Assembly (NCBI GenBank): GCA_951406725.2
Contig: OX597840.1
Coordinates: forward strand, 35,836,001 to 35,900,000
Source of the DNA: Octopus vulgaris
Taxonomy: Eukaryota
Reading direction: 5' to 3'
DNA length: 64,000 nt
Shown here piece by piece: positions 57,186 through 64,000 of the stretch. A program made the translations under genes and the position numbers. Under the pieces are notes generated by a model. It searched no databases and was not told the DNA's origin. It saw nothing but the letters and a program-made list of their open reading frames with translations. Every line of letters starts with the position of its first letter. Position 1 is the stretch's first letter.

Positions 57186-57365
57186 AAGGCAGCAAGCTGG
57201 TAAAATCGGTAGCATGCCGGGAAAAATGCTTAGCCGCATTTCGTCCGTCTTTACGTTCTGAGTTCAAATTCCACCGAAGTCGACTTCTACGTATTTGGGG
57301 TCGATACTATAAGTACCATTTGAACAACGGGGTCGATGTGATTGACTTAGCTCACTCCTAAAATT
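57186..57365 (+). mobile_element. Diverged SINE-A
   Basis: ggcagcaagctggtaaaatcggtagcatgccggg...gagttcaaattccaccgaagtcgactt. Confidence 0.8.
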
Positions 57366-57553
57366 TCTGATCTAGAGTTTTTAAGGTCCAGCCAAAATTC
57401 AGAATGTGTCTCAAACATCTCTGATGAAAGCGTTCACGGACCTTTATATGACATTTGTAAAGGGTCCATGTCCCACATGAGTAAAGGAACGATGTCAGTA
57501 CATATGCACAGTACACAGCAATTTTGTTTGTCTTGTGATGCCATGCTGGGACC
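57362..57553 (-). mobile_element. RTE-clade LINE RT C-terminal fragment (inverted segment)
   Basis: KIAVYCAYVLTSFLYSCGTWTLYKCHIKVRERFHQRCLRHILNFGW. Confidence 0.88.
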
Positions 57554-57910
57554 AAGGCCTGTGACATGCAGGACACCGACTGGGGTAGCAGTGCCTGTCA
57601 TCGCCACAGATGGAGGAAGCAGGTTAAGGAGGAGGTCGACAGCTTTGAAAGAGCACATATTCTACATGAAGAATTTAAGCGTGTTGCTCGAAAGCGCACT
57701 TCTAGAATAGTGCATAGGGAAAGCTTGGTTTGCAATGTTTGTAGTCGTGTATGCTTGTCAAGAGCAGGGCTCATTAGCAACCAACGGAACCGCAAATGCA
57801 AAATATAAGTTAGTCCTAGAGCTTACAATGTTCCTGAAGGTCGGCAATGGTCTTCCTCGGCCACAAGTGGACAGCTATCATCATCATCATCATCATCATC
57901 ATCATCGTCA
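57552..57910 (+). mobile_element. RTE-clade LINE extreme 3' end with zinc-finger-like motif and (CAT)n tail
   Basis: DW...A.HR.RWR...CNVCSRVCLSRAGLISNQR, short UTR, then (cat)n. Confidence 0.85.
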
Positions 57911-58609
57911 TGTATATATGTATATTAAGAACACAGCGTTGATGAATTACCATTGGTACGATCAAGGCTAATGTTACCACAGTTGATGCTCAAGCTGTAG
58001 GATGTTTTCAATGATTCTCATCAGTTATGTATTGTCAAGCAAATATCTTTGTTTCTAATTGAACTGAACACAACTAGACCTCTGTTTACAACCATAAAAG
58101 TCTAGATTTGATGTTTTCTATATCTGAAGACTGTAGACTGCTGAGAATCTAACGATATATCAAATAGTTAAGCAATCATCACAATATCTAATCAGATCCT
58201 ATTTAATATCTAGATTATCCACTGGCGCACGAAATACCCTTCGTTGCACGAAACGTAAGCGTGTTTACTATATTAGTTCTTACCATTTTTCTGTGACTTT
58301 CTCTGGTGTTTTATCTGCCGTCTGAGATTCTTTTTCTTTCGGTTATGCAAATAAAATATTCTGAAAATTTGGTAAATAACAATACAATTAACTGTAGTTG
58401 TTTTGGTGTTGTTCTAGGTTATGAATTTTCATTAGTTGACCAGACGAAAGGTCAAGAAGAAATAAAAGATGGGGGATTGGACACTGGTGTGAAAAGACTG
58501 GAGGAGGGGGCAGGTGGAGCTGCTGGAGGGTATGACGTCAGATGGGGAAGAAGAGGGAGTAAACGGACAGTTCGAGTAAAGACCATGTAGGCGACAACGG
58601 AGATGAGAA

Positions 58610-58705
58610 TGATGGTAGTGATGACGATGATGATGATGATGAGGAAGAGGCGGAGGATAAATATGATGACAGTACTAAGGATAGTAATGATGGTGGTGGT
58701 GGTGG

Positions 58706-58761
<56 letters not shown>

Positions 58762-58825
58762 TTGGTGATAATGATAACGAAAATAATGATGATTATGACG
58801 ATGATAATGGTGGTGCTAGTAGCAG

Positions 58826-58895
<70 letters not shown>

Positions 58896-59110
58896 AATGA
58901 TGATGATGATGATACTGATGATAATGATAACGAAGATAATGATGATTGTGATGATGATAATGGTGGTGGTGGTTGTAGTGGTGATGGTTGTAGTGGTGAT
59001 AGTGGTAGATATATATATATATATATATATATGTACATATATACATGCATATATGTACATGCACACACACAACACACGCACACAGCACACACATACACGC
59101 ACAAAAATAC
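58610..59110. repeat. (GAT)n/(GGT)n then (TA)n/(CA)n microsatellite
   Basis: Visible run. Confidence 0.93.
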
Positions 59111-59119
59111 GCACACACA

Positions 59120-59636
59120 CATACACACCCTTCAGAATGCCTCTCAAACCCCCTACCACTGACCATTCTATCCTTCGCGCATGTGCAAAAACACACAGCT
59201 ACACAAAAGACCACCACTTCGGTTACCAAAGCAGCTGCATTCTTCCTACAACATTAACAGACACAAAGATCACTCACCCATACACATATAAACAGTTAAT
59301 ACCACACAACACATGCACACACACACACACGTACATACACACAAATACCTCCTTCTCTTACACACTGCTCTCTTAGAAAGCACTTTTTTTATTTGTCCAT
59401 CCCCTACCGGTCATTCCAAAATTATACATGTCGATTGTTGGCGATATTTTTTCCACCGTCTTCCGTTTTCTCTTGGACTTTCCCCTATCGTCTGTTTCTG
59501 AAGAAGAGCTCTGCTCGAAACGTAAAACACCATTTCTTCCCATCAATGAGCGTCTTATTAATACTTTGCATGTACCACGTCCACGCTTTGTTGTTTTTTC
59601 TCGTTGTGTTTCCACCTCACTTTTTTGGACTAACTA
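59120..59636 (+). mobile_element. PLE-type 3' UTR/terminus with canonical hammerhead
   Basis: C/A-rich UTR, then gttggcgat...HHR...ccacgtccacgc..ttggactaacta, then (TA)n. Homologous to 59657-59875 and 60882-61090. Confidence 0.72.
59493..59529 (+). ncRNA. Minimal type I hammerhead ribozyme, canonical core
   Basis: tgttt-CTGAAGA-a-gagc-tct-gctc-GAAA-c-GTA-aaaca: 5-bp helix I, 4-bp helix II, GUA cleavage triplet. Confidence 0.85.
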
Positions 59637-59656
59637 TATATACATATATACATACA

Positions 59657-59875
59657 TAGTTATTCCAAACATGAAAACCCAAAGAGAAAATACAACAACG
59701 CGAGGACGTGGAATAAGTATAGTTTTATTAGACGCTCAGGAAAGGAAAGAAAGAAGGAGGATTTAATGTTTCGAGCGGAGCTCTTCGTCAGAAACATAGG
59801 AAAAGGAAAGATCCAGAGAAGGGAAGACGGAGGAAAAAAATCGCCAACGGTACACACGCGGTCACATTTTGAATC
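59657..59875 (-). mobile_element. PLE-type terminus with hammerhead (59762-59796)
   Basis: Minus strand gttt-CTGACGA-a-gagc-tcc-gctc-GAAA-c-ATT-aaat. Confidence 0.78.
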
Positions 59876-59876
59876 G

Positions 59877-59934
<58 letters not shown>

Positions 59935-59994
59935 CACACACATATATATATACACACACATATATATATATATATATATGCATAAATATATATA

Positions 59995-60140
59995 TAGTTG
60001 AAATTTACAGGAAAACAAAAGACGAAGACAGGTGTATAAACAACTACCAGGTATATTAGTTTGACGCTCGGGTAAGTGAGAAAGCTTTTACGTTTCGAGC
60101 CTACGCTCTTCAACAGAGAGGAACACGAGGAAATAAATAA
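59995..60140 (-). mobile_element. PLE terminus with A6U hammerhead (60085-60120)
   Basis: Minus strand ctct-CTGTTGA-a-gagc-gtag-gctc-GAAA-c-GTA-aaag. Confidence 0.75.
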
Positions 60141-60144
60141 ATAA

Positions 60145-60183
<39 letters not shown>

Positions 60184-60738
60184 TACATAAACGTACATAC
60201 ATTCACCAATGCGTATATGACTAACTGTGTGTTTATGCAACGCAAAAGGGTTACCTTCATTACGTGTTCACACACGGTAAAGCATTTAATATAAATTATA
60301 ATTAAATATAGTTCTGGAAAGTTAAATTAGCTATTACGCATTAGCTGCATGTTTTAATTAGTAATTAGTTGTCAATTAAGTAGACAATCTTCAGAGTCGT
60401 TTCTTGAAGCATATTTTGGGAAACCATTTCCAAAATTGAAGAATAACAAACAAATCACAGGTGCATATCACACTAAGAGAGTGAAAAGAAAGCATTACCA
60501 TTTGCAAGAGGTGCGCATGAGGAAATTTAGAAATAGCATGGAGAGGTTTTTGTTTTGAATGTGAGATAAGGAGGCAAGATGGGAACTGAAGAGAGAGAAT
60601 ACGAACGGGAAGCTGAAGAGGATAGTTAATAAAAATAAATATACACGGGAATATTCAGAACGTATATAAATAAATACTTACGTACATACATACATACATA
60701 CTCATACATACATATACATATACATATATATATATATA

Positions 60739-60881
<143 letters not shown>

Positions 60882-61087
60882 TTTCAAAATGTGAGCTCGT
60901 GTGTACCGTTGGCGATTTTTTTCCTCTGTCTTCCCTTCTCTGGATCTTTCCTTCTCCTATGTTTCCGACGAAGAGCTCCGCTCGAAACGTTAAACCGTCC
61001 TTCTTTCCTGAGCGTCCAATAATACTATATTTGTTCCACGTCCTCGCGCTGTTGTGTTTTTTTGTGCTTTCTTGTTTGGATTAACTT

Positions 61088-61090
<3 letters not shown>
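60882..61090 (+). mobile_element. PLE-type terminus with hammerhead (60961-60995, U4C mutation)
   Basis: gttt-CCGACGA-a-gagc-tcc-gctc-GAAA-c-GTT-aaac. Flanked by (TA)n on both sides. Confidence 0.78.
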
Positions 61091-61148
<58 letters not shown>

Positions 61149-61161
61149 TATACATATATAT

Positions 61162-61320
61162 AGGCGCAGGTGTGGCTATGTGGTAAGAAGCTTGAACCAC
61201 ATGGTTCCGGGTTCAGTTCCACTGCGTGACACTTTGGCCAGGTATTTTCTACTATAGCCTCGGGCAACCAAAACCATGTGAGTGGATTTCTTAGATAGAG
61301 ACTTAAAGAAGCCCGTCGTG
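61162..61320 (+). mobile_element. SINE-B 5' half
   Basis: aggcgcaggtgtggctatgtggtaagaagc...gaagcccgtcg. Confidence 0.85.
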
Positions 61321-61560
61321 TATATATATATATCTATACAAACATATATATATGTATATATATATACATACGTAATTAATAATATCAGGGTAATAAAGAT
61401 TTTAGAAATTTTTACTACCAGTGGCCTAGCGTATAGAAAAATTAGTCAATAGGTTATATATTATTCATATAAAATACAGAGTACATTTAAACACATCAAG
61501 AGATATTAAGGGAGTCCTATGATGGATACCTCTTAATGTGTTCAAATGTACACTGTATTT

Positions 61561-61605
<45 letters not shown>

Positions 61606-61883
61606 CTAATGTAGGATAAGATTTTTTTCGAAAGAAAATTTTTTATCAATGGCCAGCATATCAAAAAGTACCTTTAAAGGTTAAATTTATAAATAACTTA
61701 TAAAATAAGGACAAGAGAAAAATTCTCATGCCAAATATGCCGAAAAAAAGACAAATTTGTCAATAACCATTATAATTTATAGAATACTTACTCATACCCA
61801 TGGAAAAAGCAAGCACTATGAATTTTTCTCTTGCCCTTATTTTATAAGTTATAAGTTATTTTATAAGGCGAAGGATTACTATA

Positions 61884-61928
<45 letters not shown>

Positions 61929-61932
<4 letters not shown>

Positions 61933-62040
61933 ATCCCTCGCCATATCATGGTTCAGCTATCACGGTTCAGCTATCGCGGTTTATTATTCAAGCATACGTC
62001 GATATTTCCGCGGTGTTGTTTTGCGCGTTGTAGTGTTTTC
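61929..62040 (+). mobile_element. pogo/Tigger-like terminal fragment
   Basis: Starts (t)agtaatccctcgcc. An inverted copy ggcgaaggattact lies at 61866-61879 across a (TA)n run. Confidence 0.5.
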
Positions 62041-62059
62041 TGCTTTGTAGGTATTGACG

Positions 62060-62480
62060 CTTACATTACAGGACATATTAACTAACGCAAATCTCTTTCG
62101 CATATCTGATGACAAACTAGATAAGTACCCGCTTTTCACGAATCAGTTCTTAAATTCCTTATCAATAACATACTACGAAAGCTTTTACAATTTCTCCTCT
62201 AATAAAGACGTCTTTAAGAAGGCACCTACTTAACACAATAATGATTTCGAAGCAAGCAGATTCGAGGAAAGATTACAGAATTACCATCCTTTGCAAATCA
62301 GAAAAGCTACGTTGAAAGATATTACGGTTTATTCATACATCTTGTTTTACAGATTAAGTGTTACGTAATCTAAATTGTTGAACACTTCCCAACTAACCAC
62401 AAGTACAAACATATTTTTAATGCAATACCAGTTGCACTAACAACGTGAATAACATTATGTACCAGAAAAATCCTTACATA
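62060..62480 (+). mobile_element. Decayed Penelope-like RT thumb/linker coding relic
   Basis: NFSSNKDVFKKAPT*HNNDFEASRFEERL, IVEHFPTNHKYKHIFN and SCTNNVNNIM resemble PLE motifs SSN..F..A.P.Y..AL..SG, HFP..H...KIFN and SYSC..N...I. Confidence 0.7.
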
Positions 62481-62598
62481 ACTGTGACCGATTAATTGTA
62501 CAGGCATATTAAGTACATACCGAATATGTGACTTCTACAATAGCCCTCTGCCAACCATGCCAACCAGAGAATTAATTAGGTGCAATCTGTAGAAGTTG

Positions 62599-62672
<74 letters not shown>

Positions 62673-62758
62673 TCAATAATAAATGGGTAAAATTAATTAT
62701 TAATTAATTTTACCAAGTAGTGTTCAGTATGTAAAAATACCTTTTACGGTATATTTAA

Positions 62759-63011
62759 AACATTACGTTATATAATTAGGGTTCAGTAAAATAATTTACT
62801 TTACCACACACCGAACTTTTAGAAATAGCAGCCAAAAAACCTTAGCTATTTCTTCTACTGTAAGAAAAGACTCCCAGACAATGTATACTCAAAAATATAT
62901 TATTTTTGAGTATACATTGTCGTGGAGACTTTTTTTTTGGCTGCTATTTCTAAACGTTCGGTGTATGGTAAAGTAAATTATTTTACTGAACCCTAATTAT
63001 ATAACGTAATG

Positions 63012-63012
<1 letters not shown>
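62759..63012. repeat. AT-rich fold-back (inverted arms ~80 bp plus inner ~20-bp palindrome)
   Basis: aacattacgttatataattagggttcagtaaaat...gcagccaaaaaa mirrored at about 62932-63012. Inner gacaatgtatactcaaaaata/tatttttgagtatacattgtc. Confidence 0.88.
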
Positions 63013-63074
<62 letters not shown>

Positions 63075-63314
63075 TATATATATATATGTATATATGTGTA
63101 TAATAAAAGAATATATATATATACATTTATATTCTTTCATTCTTTTCTTTGTTTCAGTCATTTGACTGCGGCCATGCTGCAGCACCATACAACTATGCTC
63201 TCAGAGCTATTTCTACTTCGGTGAACCAGTATGCTACAATTGACATATCATACGAAAATTGAACTCCAAAGATTCATCCCTTAAATGGTTGTCTAACCTC
63301 TAACACCTATATAC

Positions 63315-64000
<686 letters not shown>

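Noticed and set aside
58220-58270. Helitron 3' end on the minus strand
   Set aside because: Hairpin and CTRR are too degenerate, and no matching 5' end was found.

Overview
This is a repeat-saturated, AT-rich eukaryotic window with no host protein-coding gene I can support. It is most likely intronic or intergenic DNA of an octopus (inferred from extreme (TA)n/(CA)n/(TATC)n/(TATG)n/(CAT)n density and tRNA-derived SINE families like those known from Octopus). Almost all ORFs in the track are microsatellite artefacts. Real content: three tRNA-derived SINE families (called A, B, C here); three decayed mariner elements and one DD37D (maT) transposase relic; non-autonomous Helitrons; R4/Dong-like and RTE LINE relics; Penelope-like element (PLE) remnants (GIY-YIG C-terminus, RT thumb region); and a U6 snRNA pseudogene. 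Most interesting: (1) about a dozen minimal type I hammerhead ribozyme motifs in PLE-type termini inserted in (TA)n, with family-specific cores: canonical C3-G8, swapped G3-C8, U3-A8, and a family lacking A6; (2) SINE multimers with one tRNA head and 2-6 headless bodies joined at a fixed junction inside a single target-site duplication (TSD), including dimers whose two units carry different tails; (3) U6 fused directly to a SINE/LINE 3' tail; (4) the SINE-A tail matching a LINE 3' UTR that inserts at TATC-like sites. All family assignments are by eye and need Dfam/Repbase/Rfam confirmation.
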